Assembly (NCBI RefSeq): GCF_009834535.1
Contig: NC_045696.1
Span: 107,324,001 to 107,388,000, forward strand
Reading direction: 5' to 3'
From: Camelus ferus
Lineage: Eukaryota
DNA length: 64,000 bases
In this document: piece by piece, positions 12,620 to 25,275 of the stretch
Layout of the letters: every line of letters begins with the position of its first letter
Position numbering within the stretch: position 1 is the first letter of the stretch
Notes under the pieces: model-generated
Told to the model about the DNA's origin: nothing
The model's input: only the letters and a program-made list of their open reading frames with translations
Databases searched by the model: none
Program-made: the position numbers and the translations under genes

Positions 12620-13440
12620 TGAAAGACTGATGTAAATGTGAGAAATTACAAGGGTAAAAGATATATTTAACTACATAAAAACTGAAATTTTCTATACAGC
12701 ATAAAGTATCATAAAGTTTAAAAGTAAAAAAGCAAGAAAAAAATTGCAACATACATAACAGTCCTTAGTATACAAAGATCTCTTACAAATAAGGAGAAAA
12801 TATAAGCACCCCAATAGAAAAATAAAGATATGAACTGGAAACTTACAAAACAAAAATAAGTATGACCAATAAATAGATTAAAGAAGATGCTCTTTTCTGC
12901 TTATCCAATTGGAAAATAACCTGATTTTGGTGATAGTGTGGGGATATTGACATTCTAAATCAGTGTTTATACTGGATTATACTGGTATACTTTTCTATAG
13001 CACAATCTAGAAACAGAGTTCTAGATTGTTCTAAATGTTTCTTGAATATCCTTATATCTGGTATTACTGTGTATCCTGAAAACATAGTAAAGAATAAAAG
13101 AGACAAGAGAGGAGACAGGAAATAATAGAACAAATAAATAAATGTATCAAAAAATAAAATGTACATATCCATAGAACCATCGATTTCACTTCTAGGAGTT
13201 TTTTCTAAAAATATAATCAAATAAATGCACAAATGTTTGTTCGAAGACAGTTGAAGAACTATTTAATAACAGCAAAAATTGGAAATACATAAATGTTCAT
13301 TGTTATTAGACTGTTTAAATAAATTATGTTCTGCCCATATAGTGCACTATTACACAACACTTAATAATGATGACCTCATTTTATATGTATTGGTTTGAAA
13401 GATTAATGATGAATTATATAGTGAAAATGTAACCAACAGA
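12620..13440 (+). mobile_element. Old L1 (L1ME-like) fragments
   Basis: Degenerate ORF2-end motifs (atttcacttctaggagtttttt, tttaataacagcaaaaattggaaa). Confidence 0.6.
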
Positions 13441-13469
13441 AGATTGGTCTATTTTAAAAGGCATGTGTG

Positions 13470-14060
13470 TGCACTCCAATGTTCACGGCAGCACTATTTA
13501 CAATAGCCAAGACATGGAAGCAACCTAAATGTCCATCAGTAGATGAATGAATAAAGAAGATGTGGTCAATATATACAGTGGAATATTAATTACTCAGCCA
13601 TAAAAAAAATGAAGTGCCATTTGCAGCAACATGGATGGACCCAGAAATTATCATATTAAGTAAAATAAGTCAGACAGAGAAAGACAAATATCATATATCA
13701 CTTATACATGGAATCTAAAAAAAAATGATATAAATAAACTTATTTACAAACCAGAAATAGACACACAGACATAGAAAACAAACTACAGTTACCAAAAGAG
13801 AAAGAATTAGGGGGGAGGGATAAATTAGGAATTTGGTATTAACATATACACACTACTATATCTAAAATAGATAAACAACAAGGACCTATTATATAGCACA
13901 GGTAGCTATATTCAATACTTTGTAATAATCTATATGGAAAAGAATCTGAAAAAGAATATATACAGGTATATGTATATGTATAGCTGAATTACTTTGCTGT
14001 ACACCTGAAACTAACAAATTGTAAATCAACTATACTTCAATTAAAATAAATAAATAAATA
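13470..14060 (+). mobile_element. L1 3' end
   Basis: ccaatgttcacggcagcactatttacaatagccaagacatgg... through 3'UTR and AATAAA tail; flanking GCATGTGT repeat. Confidence 0.9.
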
Positions 14061-14126
14061 AAGTGCATGTGTTTATCTAAAAGAAAATCTGTTTACAGTG
14101 GTTTTCTCTGGTTTTATGTATTTCTT

Positions 14127-14270
14127 TTTTAGGGGGGAGGTAATTAGATTTATTAATTAGGTAATTAGGTTTACTTATTTATTTATTTTTAATTTATGTT
14201 TAAATGGAGGTACTGGGAATTGAAGCCAGGACCTCGCACATGCTAAGCACGTACTCTACCACTCTCCCCA
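14127..14270 (-). mobile_element. Camelid tRNA-derived SINE (Vic-1-like)
   Basis: Reverse complement of GTGGTAGAG..TGCTTAGCATG..GAGGTCCTGG.TTCAATTCCCAGTACCTCC; 16-bp TSD GTTTTATGTATTTCTT at 14111-14126 and 14271-14286. Confidence 0.9.
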
Positions 14271-14989
14271 GTTTTATGTATTTCTTATCAGCTAAATTTT
14301 ACAGTGAACATACCTTTTATGAAAGAAAGACCAGAGATATCCAATGTTTTGAAAAATAAATATGTGATCTTTACAGAGTTCACAAACCATATGCCACCAG
14401 TATATTTGAAATTGCCAACATAATGTTACATCTTAGCCATATTTTGTTTAGATCATAACTTTCCATAAAATTACTGGCTAGCTGTTGTTCTGTATTAAAT
14501 TTTCCTCCTTTTTGTTTAAACTTCCTTTAGGAATATCTTTTTGTATCAGTATCAATTTTACACATTTCTAGACTAGCTTTGTTCTGTAATTAAAATGTGC
14601 AAATACTTAACTGCTCAGCAAAATAGCCAACACTTTAATCCACAGGTTCTATGACTTGGAAACAGATGATTATGAAAGTTAACGGTTCTGCAGAGTTCAG
14701 AAACACTAACGGTGTCAAAAAATAAAGATGGATTACAAAAAGCTCTGGAAAAACATACGACTTGTAGTGTGCGATGGTGCTGGAAAAGGATGAGTGTGTT
14801 TACATGTACGTAATGTTTGTATGCATATATACACATACGTGCATCCTACATATGCTATGCATACGCATACATGAGAGTTCATGTTTACGCTCGTCGTGTG
14901 TACTCAAATGTAAATAATTAAACTTGTTATTCATATGCTTTATCTGCACCGCCAGGGAGAAACACATTTGCCTTCACGTTATCTTCAGG

Positions 14990-16600
14990 AAACCAGCATC
15001 AACCCATCTGCAAAGGGTTTCAGTGTCGAGCCGGCGCCACTCTGGCCACAGGCTTTGGAGACCGCTATTTCTGGCCAAAGTGGAGTAGACCCTCAAGGCA
15101 GGACGCGGCCCTGGAAGCACTGACGAAGGCGCTTGCGACACTTCAGCACCACGGACACAGGCAACCCCAATGAAGTCCTTTAGAGCGGTACAGCCAGCGG
15201 AGACCATCCCCTCCCCAGGCGCCCCCCAGCCCTCTCTGCCCAGTGCGTCACTATCTCCGGGCCCTCGACCGTCACTCAGATGCCAGTTTTCGGTCCCGCT
15301 ACTCGCCAAGCCCGGCAAAAGCCTGGACGAAGATGCAAGTCCGTGCAGCACCTACTCGCCTGGACAAGATTCTCGTTCCTGCTAGCCCAAGTCACCCTTG
15401 CATCCTCCTCTCTCAAAAGAGGCCAAACGGGCGCACCTGGCGTAGAAATCCTACGGCCCATAGGCTGGTCGGGGAGGGGTCATGTTTTCCTCCCCGGAGC
15501 TGCCAGAGGCTGAGTGGACTTGCCCTGCGCCTCCAGCCGCCACACTTGGCCGTGGCCTGGCCCTTCCTGCAATACCCCCATGTCCTCGCCTTTCGTTGGG
15601 GAAAGATTTCTCCGAACCGTTTATTTTCCGCGAAATCTCAACCCATGTAGACTGGCGTCCGAGAGTCGGTGACAGACAACAAAGTAAAGGAAAATACTAA
15701 TTCCTGGCCAAATTTCTAAAACCGTCCAGCATTCTTTAAAGTTTTTATTTGAAATTGATCCCATGGCGCCATAGGGATTCACCCTTGTTTGAGAGGGCTC
15801 CTGGGAGAGAGGAAAGCTATAGCCCCTGTCTTTTATCATGGAGGCTGGGGAAGGACCTATTCCTGCGACGGTGGCAGGAAACGGGGGCGCTGGGGCCATG
15901 GCTGATGCTGATCCTACCGACCCTGTATCCAGGTTTTCCAAGAGAGCAGTGCAGGGAAGTCTGGGCCCCGCGGCCTCCTAGGCGTGGAGCAGAGCCTTGA
16001 GAAGGGGGCGGGGCGCTTCGCCCCCTTCCCGGCCCAACCCCAAAAGAGGGACTCTGCCCCTTAAGTGCCTCGGCTAACAGCTGGTGTGGGGGGCAGCCCG
16101 GTAGTCAGGGTCAAGGTCCATTCCGCTGCTGCCGACCGGCTGCTGGGGCCCGGTTACCTGTGTGTCGCGGCGAGGAAGGCGCGCCCAGTGCTCCAGCCGG
16201 GGCTGCCCGCTGCCGTGAGCCTGATCCAGGCTCTGAGCCCGCAGAGGCCGCCGCGCGCTTCGCCAGGAAAACCGCGGCCTGGGCGGCTGAGGCCGCCTGG
16301 CGGGGCTGGGAGAGGGGCGCCGCCGGCGCGGATACTGCGCCTGCGCTCTCGCGGCTCCCTCCGCCCCCCACCGGCAGGTATCCCGCTTGGAAGACCACGA
16401 GGGACCTCCCCTACCCGCGAGGGAGGGTCCAGGCGCCCGGAAGCTGCCTGCCAGGACCCCTTTAGCTTATGGCTTTAGAGACCCGGTTTGAAGCAATCGC
16501 CGATCAGCCGGAGTGACGTGGTCCTCTGGAAGGGGGCAGGGAGTCAGCCTCAGTCTATTTCGACCTGTCTGCGTTTAAAAGTCGCAGGTCGATTCCTTGA
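14990..16600. promoter_or_regulatory. SLC35G2: CpG island / promoter of minus-strand gene (probably SLC35G2)
   Basis: CpG-dense, core at 15960-16520. NRF1 TGCGCCTGCGC (16336-16346), GC box CTCCGCCCCC (~16359-16368), TGACGTGG (16514-16521). Gene identity comes from synteny with STAG1 only. Confidence 0.75.
16158..16335 (-). other. SLC35G2: Probable non-coding exon 1 of SLC35G2 (5' end approximate)
   Basis: Minus-strand donor CAG|GTAACC (intron starts 16157) just downstream of NRF1/GC-box motifs; no ATG on the minus strand in the exon. SLC35G2 is the divergent neighbour of STAG1 in mammals and has an untranslated first exon. Confidence 0.6.
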
Positions 16601-16904
16601 TATTTAATATATGTCTAGCATCAGTAAATCATGATCCGGAAAGGTCTCCAGGCATCCCCGACTTCACTTGGCATTTTACCTATGAGGTCTCTGAGGGAAG
16701 GGTCTTGACGTTGAAGAGCTGGTTCCTGGACTCAGGTCTATATACCCTAATCTCATGCTGAATGAATAGTTTCTGGGAAACAGACCTAGTCATCAAGCAA
16801 TGGACTAGATGGGTCAAGAGGACAGGCAAGAAGGCCATTTCCATAGGCCAGGCAAAAAAGGGTGAGAAGGTGCTTGCTGTGGAAAAAAGATAGGATGTGA
16901 CTGC

Positions 16905-17337
16905 TGGTTTTTCCTCTGTCCCTCCAGATTCACTCACTGCCCTGTTCTGTGACTCAGGGCTGATCTGTATGGACTACATCACCTGTCTTCTGGCTTTTGC
17001 CTGGTTTGAGCCAATCAGAGGCACGTGTAGAAGATCACAGGGCAAGAAGTTACTCAGGACCTCCCCACTACACTCTCAGAGGGCCACTCTGTTAGCAATG
17101 GCTGTATTCTTTATCTGAAGCCATTACTCCAATCTTGTGGCCCACTCCTACAGTTCTTTCTCATTTCTGTTTACCACTTGTTGCCCTTTCCCCTGAAGGC
17201 CTGGGGCTGGTAATGGCTCCCAAAGGTTTCTTTTAACCCTGCCCACACCTTTTAAAATAGTCCTTTCGTTAAAATCTCAACTATTCTCTGGATGTGCCAT
17301 GCCATGTTTATTCTACCATTCCAGGACACAGTAATAG
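16905..17337 (+). mobile_element. ERVL solo LTR (LTR33-like)
   Basis: 3' part ccctgcccacacctttt..aaatagtcctttcgttaaaatctc..tgtgccat resembles LTR33. Confidence 0.65.
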
Positions 17338-18539
17338 ATTTTCCTTCACTGTGGTTGGGAAGATGCATAAGGGAAAAAAAAGTGTGAAAGAAAGATGGGG
17401 CATTTAATAGGTGAGATGTCTGCCAGAGTTATCTTGATAGTTCCCTGGGCTCCTGGCAGCCATCATGCTAGGTGGTCTCCCCACTGAGTCCCCCAGCCTG
17501 AGGGCATCAAAGACAGTTTGAGTGGACCCAAGAATGAAATTCAGACTACTCATAATCAAGTTGTTCACAAAAGGGCTGGGGACATCTGGGTGTCCAGCAT
17601 AACAGAACTTTCGGGTGCCTCTTAATGTGAAGAGACAATCTAGATCTTTATGGAGCAAGTGCTGGTGCTCTCTAAACTACAGCTGGGCTGCATTTGAATG
17701 AATGATATTCTTAGGACACTTGAAAGAGTCCTGGGCACAGTGTCTGAAAAATGTGTTTATGAAGGAGCTGCTGAGTGAGGCACTTGTGGATGAGAGCCTC
17801 CAGCTGTTTCTGTAGAAAACCCTAAAGAATGTTCCCAAAGAGGGAGGAAATAAAAGGCAATAGAGTGAGAAACGGTTGCCAGTAGCACTCCCTATCAGCT
17901 GGGTCGGAATCTAAGACCCGATCATTTCTCCGGCTTGTGAAAACAATCAAACTGGTTTAACTAGTTTAATTCTTTGCCCACATCCCCCTTTAAAAAATAC
18001 ACAGACAAAACAAAACACTGAGATACTACCTTGGCAAAACTTACCCAAAGGGAACCCCAGGAGTAGCTATTTGCAAACAAAATTAATATCCGCTATTTGC
18101 ACTGAATACAAATGAGACCAGAACAGAAATTTTAACATGAATTTTTAGCCTTTTACTTTTTTGAAGAGGAAGGATCCTTTGTTGTTCAGAAAGCAGTCTG
18201 GGCATTAACTGCACTGATCTAGGCAAGGAGTAGAGGTATAGAAGCAAGAGGAGCCTCAGAAGGCTAGGCTTATCCACAAAATTCAGCTAGATTTTGTTTC
18301 TCTGGGAGGAAGCTGGGGAGGAAGAGAGCCAGAAAAGTTTTGAGAATGAGAGTGAGAAAAACAAAGACTGACCTGAGTTTAGAGTGATGTGAGTTTAAGA
18401 GAAGTTTCTGGGAGATTTGAGAGAGTGAGACTAGGAATTTAGCACAGCTGCCATTCTGAATGACACTAAGAGATACTGAGAAACAGGAAAAAGGATTTTT
18501 AGATGTTTTGTTACATGTAATAAATGGAATTCTTTTTTG

Positions 18540-19005
18540 TGTATGCTGTAATACGAGGACTTTTTTCTGGCAAGTATCAAAAACTCAAACTGATCTAACT
18601 GAAAAATCCATAGATAGATAGTTTCAAATATGGCTGAATCCAGGGTGCAAACAACGTCATCAGGATATGGCCACTCCTGTTCTCTCTGTTGACTTCAAAG
18701 AGTTTATTCTCATGTAGTGATTTTTTTCCCCACCTCCCCACCTCCCACCTTTCCCCAGTGTTGAGCCTATGTAATCCTTATAGCTAACCAGCCAGTAGAA
18801 ACAGAGCACTTATTTCCAAGTAGTTCCAATAAAATGTTATTCTGTCTCATTAGCAAATTCTGGATCATATACCCAACCATATGTTTTAGTCTGGGTACAA
18901 AGAATGGGGTAGGGGGTCATTTTCCAAAGGAAAATCAAGGCTCTATTATCAGAAGAAACCATAAGGTGATGGGCAGATGGAAAAAGGACAGGTCCACTAC
19001 TGGTA
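18540..19005 (-). mobile_element. MaLR LTR (MLT1-like)
   Basis: gcaagtatcaaaaactcaa...atggctgaatccagggtgcaaacaacgtcatcagg pattern. Confidence 0.6.
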
Positions 19006-19679
19006 CCTCTCAAAGAAACTTCAGTTAAGATTTATATTGCTTTTCAATTCTTTTTAGTAGTAGACTAGTGTTTCTTTTGAAGACGACATCATGTTGACAT
19101 GAGCAGCAAGGCAGCTAAAATGTTCTTTCATCCTAAAAAATAAAGTGACGTGTCTTGCTGTTCCTATGGAAGGAGATATCAGAAAAGATTTTTTTCATGT
19201 ATTTTGTTCTGAGTTTCCATATATACACAGCCTTTATTTAAGTAAAAAGTTTTCTTTTCTGAATCCCAGCAGCGATTAAGATTCCTCAAAGCCAGAAGTT
19301 ACTACAGTTCCTGCTTACCACTGTGAAAATACAAGTTTCCCATCAGCACTACCACAACTTCACTCTTGCAATCAGACACAAAGCTTGGTACTCATAGCAC
19401 TAAACATGGGCTAAACAACTAAGAATTGGTTTGTATATTCGCACAGAAGGCACACAATAACACCTCATTTCAGGAGCATTCAGACTTTTATCGACCTCAA
19501 GCACCTGGCACACAATCACAAATCTTGAAGTAAGTGAGGCAACTTGCTGAATCAAAGTTCAAGCACTTGCCTTAATCTTCAAATTGTGTGCAAAATAAAG
19601 GACACCAACAAAGAGCACAACTATCTGTTTTCCCTCAATCAATTCTTTCTTCGTTACCATTTACTGCTCTATTACCACA

Positions 19680-19845
19680 TTTGCTCACTTTACCAGTTAC
19701 TAGCTCTGTGCTTCAGATTTCTTATCAGGAAAGGGGATAATAATAACCTACTATCTGGGGCTATTATAAGGATTAAATTAAGTAATACATGTAAAGGGCT
19801 TAGGACATTGTCAGGCACCCTGTAAGTACTAAATTAATGTTTGTT
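19680..19845 (+). mobile_element. MIR SINE
   Basis: ctctgtgcttcagatttcttatc..gggataataataacctac..aggattaaatt core. Confidence 0.75.
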
Positions 19846-20079
19846 ACAATTACAGGGGCCAAGAAGTAAATCCCTCTAGATAAGTAAAATGAGTGAAAAA
19901 GTCTATATGGAGATCATGTCTGAAAAGCACACTGTATAAGGAGAGTAGCTGTTCAGTTTCAGAGTCCATAAGAAATGTGAATCCAGTGTTGAAAGACCTT
20001 CTGTTTTTAAAATACGGGGTAGAAATCTTGATTTTTGTATGAAATTTTCTGATTATTAAAAAGGTAAATGCATTCATGA

Positions 20080-21902
20080 TTTTAAGAAACTCAGCAAACT
20101 AGGAATGGAAGAAACTATCTCAGCATAAGAAAGCCTACATAGGAAAGGCCCACAGTTAATATAATATGCAATGGTGAAAGACTAAAAGGTTTTCCTCAGG
20201 AATAAGACAAGGATGCCCAATCTCACCACTGCTATTCAACACAGTACTACTATTCTCTTCTAGCAAGAGCAATTAGGCAAGAAGAAGAAATAAATAGCAT
20301 CCACATTGGAAAGGAAGAAGAAAAGTGATTCTGTTCATAGATGACATGAATTTATACATAGAAAACCATAAATACTCTACAAAAAACTGTTAAAACTAAT
20401 AAATTAATTTAGCAAAATTGAAGGATATAAAAAGAATGCTCAAAAGTCAATTGCATTTCTATACATTAACAATGAACACTCTAAAAAGGAAATTAAGAAA
20501 AACTTCCATTTACAACAACATCAAAAAGAATACTTAGGAATAAACTTAACCAAGGAGATAAAAGACTTGTACTGTGAAAATTACAAAGCACAGCTAAAAG
20601 AAATTAAAGGCACAAATAAATGGAAAGACACATAGTGTTCATGGATTTTAAGACCTAAAATTACTAAGATGTCAATATAACACAAAGTGATCTACAGATT
20701 CAATGCAATTCCTATTCAAATCCCAATGATGTTTTGCAGAAATAGAAAAATCCATCCTAAAACATATATAGAAACTTATGGGTACCTGAAAACCAAACAA
20801 CCTTGAAAACAACAAAGTTGAAGGTCTCACACTTCCTGATTTCAGAATTTACTACAAAACTAATGATCAAAATTGTGTAGTACTAAAACAAAGATAGACC
20901 TATAGACCAATAGATTAGAATAGAGAGGCCAGAAATAAACAGTTACATACATGGTCAAATGATTTTTGACAAGGCTGTAATGGAGAAAAGACAGTCTTTT
21001 CAACATAAAAGTTGAGAAAACTGTATATTCACATGCGAAAGAATGAAGGTGGACCCTGACCTTACACCATACAAAAATTAACTCAAACTTGATCAAATAC
21101 ATAAATATAAGAGCTAAAACTATAAAATTCTTATAAGAAAACAGAGCGAAAGCTTCAGGACATTGAATCTGGCAATAATTTTTTTGGATGTGATACCAAA
21201 GGAATAGTTAACAAAAAAAGATAAATTGGACATTATAAAAATTAAATGTCTTTTGCGTATCAAAAATACTGTAAATATAGTAGAAAGGCAATTCCCTAGA
21301 ATGGGAGAAAATATTTGCAAATCATATATCTGAGAAGGGGTTGATATCCAGAATATATAAAGAACTCCTATAACTCAACAACAATAACAAAAGTAACTGA
21401 TTAAAAAATTATCAAAAGCCTTGAACAAACATTTCTCCAAATAAGATATACAAGTGGCCAATAAACACATGAAAAGATGCTCAATATCACTAATCATCAA
21501 GGAAATGCAAATCAAATCCACTTCACATCCATTAGGAAGATTATTATTTTTTTTAAAAATAACAGAAAATAACAAGTGTTGGTGTGGATGTGGAGAAATT
21601 GGAACACTTGTGCATTGCTGGTAGGAATGTAAAATGGAAATTCACTATGGATAACAGTATAGTGATGCCTCAAAAAATTAAAAATAGAATTACCATGTGA
21701 TCTAACAATTCTGCTTCTGGGTATTAAATGAAATAAAACCAAGGACTTGACCAAATATTTGTACACTCATGTTCATAGCAGCCTTATTCACAATAGCTAA
21801 AAAGTGGAAGCAACCCAAGTGTTCTTTGATGGGTGAATAAACAAAATATGATATATACATACAATGGAATATTATTCAGCCTTTAAAAAGGAAAGAAATT
21901 CT
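20080..21902 (+). mobile_element. L1 (L1MB-like) ORF2, left part of an interrupted element
   Basis: Continuous degenerate ORF2 (aagacaaggatgccca.tctcaccactgctattcaac... to ggaatattattcagcc); resumes at 23572. Confidence 0.9.
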
Positions 21903-22300
21903 TGGAGGGCATTATACTAAGTGAAATAAGTCAGACAGAGAAAGACAAATACTGTATGATATCACTTATATGTATAATCTAAAATATAGAACAAACTAGT
22001 GAATATAACAAAAAAGAAGTAGACACAGGTACAGAGTACAAACTAGGGGTTACCAGAGAGGAGAGGGAAAGGGGGAGGAGCAATATCGGGGTAAGAGAGT
22101 AAGAGGTACAAATTCTTAGGTATAAAATACACTACAAGAATATATTGTACCACATGGAGATTATAGCCAATATTTTATAAGAACTATAAATGGAGTATAA
22201 AATTTACAAATTGTGAATCACCCTGTTGTACACCTGTAACTTATATAATATTGTACAGCAACAATACTTCAATTAAACAATAATAATACCTAAAAGAAAA
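21903..22300 (+). mobile_element. Younger L1 3' end heading a 3' transduction
   Basis: ttggagggcattatactaagtgaaataagtcag... 3'UTR of the same type as 29390-29770, then an A-rich tail. Confidence 0.88.
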
Positions 22301-23571
22301 GAAAGAAAACACAATAGTGAGAATTTAACATAGTCACTGGAAATCCTATGAAGTAAATGCTCATACATACTCTGCACTTACAAGAGTGTGTATAGATTTG
22401 CACTGATTTCAAGCACATCATCAATTTGTATATATTGAATTTTTTTCAAGTAAAAAAATACAAAGTTCAGTTACTAACCCCCCAAAATGATGGAGATACT
22501 AAAGACTCTTAGATCTGGGTCATACTGAGAACCTGGTAAGAAGAAAGGGCAGACTTCTCGAAGGATTCAGATAAGCCCAAGAAAGAGTCTGGTTAGAGCC
22601 TGGAGTAGTTGCATTTACGTGCTTAGTGGACAGTCCTGCCTTGCATATAGTGACTCAACCAGTTTTTTCAGCACCAGTGATCTGCAAATGCCTTAGAAAT
22701 TAGAAAAGTTTCTGACTTTCCATTCCTTTTGATCCCCTTGCTGTTATCTCAAGTTCTTTTGATTTAACTGTTTTTGCTTCAGGCATTTCTGACAACTAGA
22801 CCAATACAGCTACAAAGTAACAGAGTTTCATTGTGAAATTATTTCCTTGTTATATTTTATCTTCAGTTTAAGTCTCCACAACATGTTATAACTACCTATA
22901 GGCTGTCCTCTCACGGTGTTGGTGTCCTGGTTTTCAGAGAGGACAGGAGCCCCAGGCAAACTTGTAAAAGGGAGGTTGGTCTTTGGGGCCCACTGTTCAG
23001 TTTTTGTTAGCATTCCATTCTCTTCTCCTTTGTACATCTCCTTCTTTGGAGAGCTGACTGGATTCTTGGCAGTGTGCCCTCACCGTTTTGAGTGAAACAC
23101 CAGACTAGCTTTCATTCCCCACCCACTGGCTGTGTGGCATCGGGCAAACTCCTTTCAACCTTGAAATTCAAGTAACTTGGACTCTGAGCTCAGACACATA
23201 TAGTCCAGCTCCCGGATCTATTTCTTAGTCGTTGGTGATCATAGACAGATTTTCCCCTGTAATTCAGGTTCCTCATCCATAAAATGGCGGGGGGATACTT
23301 ACATTGATTTTAAGATTTAACTAAATAACATTTGAAAATTAACAATTTTTAAAGTGACTGTACTTTACCTGGCACATAAAATATACATAGTAAGTGGCAG
23401 AGGTCTAGACAGTGGGTTGGTAGTGATGGCTGTTACTGTTAGGATTTTTATTATAAACATACGTGACAATAAATGTAAAATGTACGTTGTAGAGGTGTTC
23501 ATTTTTTCCACATTAGATGGGGCTCTTCAACTCTTACCTTTCCTTGCTAAAAAATAAATAATTAAATAAGT

Positions 23572-23935
23572 AAAAGGGAAGGAAATTCTGATATATGCTA
23601 CAGCAAAAATGAACGCTAAGGAAATTAGGCTAAGTGAAGTAAGACAGTCACAGAAAAAAATGTCGTATGATTCCATTGATATGAAGTAGCTAGATTAGTC
23701 ACATTCACAGAGACTGAAAGTAGAATAGTTGTATTAGGGGGATGAGAGGAGGGGGACTTAGTGTTTATGGGTACAAGTTTCAGTTGGGGAAAATGAAAAA
23801 GTTCTGGAAATGGATGATAGTGATGGCTGCGCAACAATGCGAATATACTTAATGCCATTGAACCATACGCTTAAAAATGATTAAAATGGCAAATTTATGT
23901 TATGTATATTTGCCATAATTTTTTAAAAGTTAACT
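23572..23935 (+). mobile_element. L1 (L1MB-like) 3' end, right part of the interrupted element
   Basis: aaggaaattctgatatatgctacagc...gtttcagttgggg..aaaagttctggaaatggatgatagtgatgg is the typical L1MB 3'UTR. Confidence 0.88.
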
Positions 23936-24759
23936 TTAAAATGCAAATACACAAACACTCTGCCAGGCACCTCCACAACCACAGTAGATAGGAAATAGGA
24001 GAGAGAAATAGGAAAATACAGAAACAAAAAATTAAAAATCACATGAGGAATCATCAATAGGGACATTCAAGCAAATGCAACAGAGAACAGTATCTCGGGC
24101 TCTGGTGGGTTCTTACTGGCACTGTGGATGCCCTGATGTCTGGCTATGGCTCCCAGAGGATTCCCGGCCCAAGTAATTTGCCTTTTGGCTACAAGGTAAC
24201 TTTGCGGTCACCATGGCGACCCTTTGGCCTGACCAACTAGCACCATCAGTTACTTTCTATACCTCCCCGCCAATCCCCCACTCCAAATGCAGGCAGGAGC
24301 CTCTGGACCCTCTCCATACTACAGCAGAGTATGAGTAGACTCAGGACTGTCATCTCAGCCCCCAATCCACTTTGTCTATGCCACACTGCGCTTTCCCTCC
24401 TCTTTAACCATCCTATGGGGGTGCAGAGCCACCCTATGAGGCTTCCTCCTCCCACATTTCCAAACAGGGAGTGGAACCCAAGCCCCTTCTATTGCCAGCT
24501 GGCTCCAGTCTATTCAATAGCCTTGAAATTTCTTCCAAGGGAAGCATTAGGTCACAATACAAGAATCTCTTTACTCCCACTCTCTCTTTCTTCTCCTTTC
24601 TGCACTCAAGTAGCAAATTGAACTTTGACTCTTTTTCTCTCATTAAATTCCTTTTTTAGAAGTCCTAATCCTCCCCCCTCTCATGGTTAGTAGGTAATTT
24701 TGGCTGACTAGAGAGAAGGTCATATACATAGAAATGCAAAAGAGAAGAACATGTTGTAT

Positions 24760-25275
24760 ATCACTTTAAATTAAGTAAAATGCTCTGATTTGAGCAATAA
24801 CAAGATAAAATTGCTCATATAACTGTACAGGCCAGAGTTTCAGGCTAGGCTTTATCCAAATGCTGAATGATGGGATTAGGACCCAGTTTTTCTCAAATCC
24901 AGTTCTTCATTGTTGGCTCTGTCTTGGCAGGCTTCTCCCCTTGTGGTTTTCAGATGAGCACCAGAGCCTCTGGGACCCACATGCTTTCTTGTCCACAGGA
25001 AAGGAGAACACTTTCCTTCTTCCTCTTGTTGGACCAAAGTCCTGAGCTTAGCCTGGTTGGGTTTATCCTTCCCTGGTCCAATCATTGTGGTGATTGGGGT
25101 GGTGTTAATTAGCTTAAGATAAACACCATATCCCATATCACATATCACATATTCCATTCCTAAAGCAGAAAGTTCCCCTGAAGCCCACAGACCATGGGAA
25201 TAAACGTTAGGTACTATTACCAAGAAAGGGGGAATGGGTGTTGTTAGGTGACCAAACACAGTCACATCCACTATC
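24760..25275 (-). mobile_element. MaLR LTR (MLT1J/K-like)
   Basis: gctcatataactg..ttcaggctaggctttatcca..ccaagaaagggggaatgg..gtcacatccacta pattern. Confidence 0.55.

Noticed and set aside
14935..16478. ORF cluster in the first CpG island
   Set aside because: Same GC artefact; mostly non-ATG starts and no recognisable domain.
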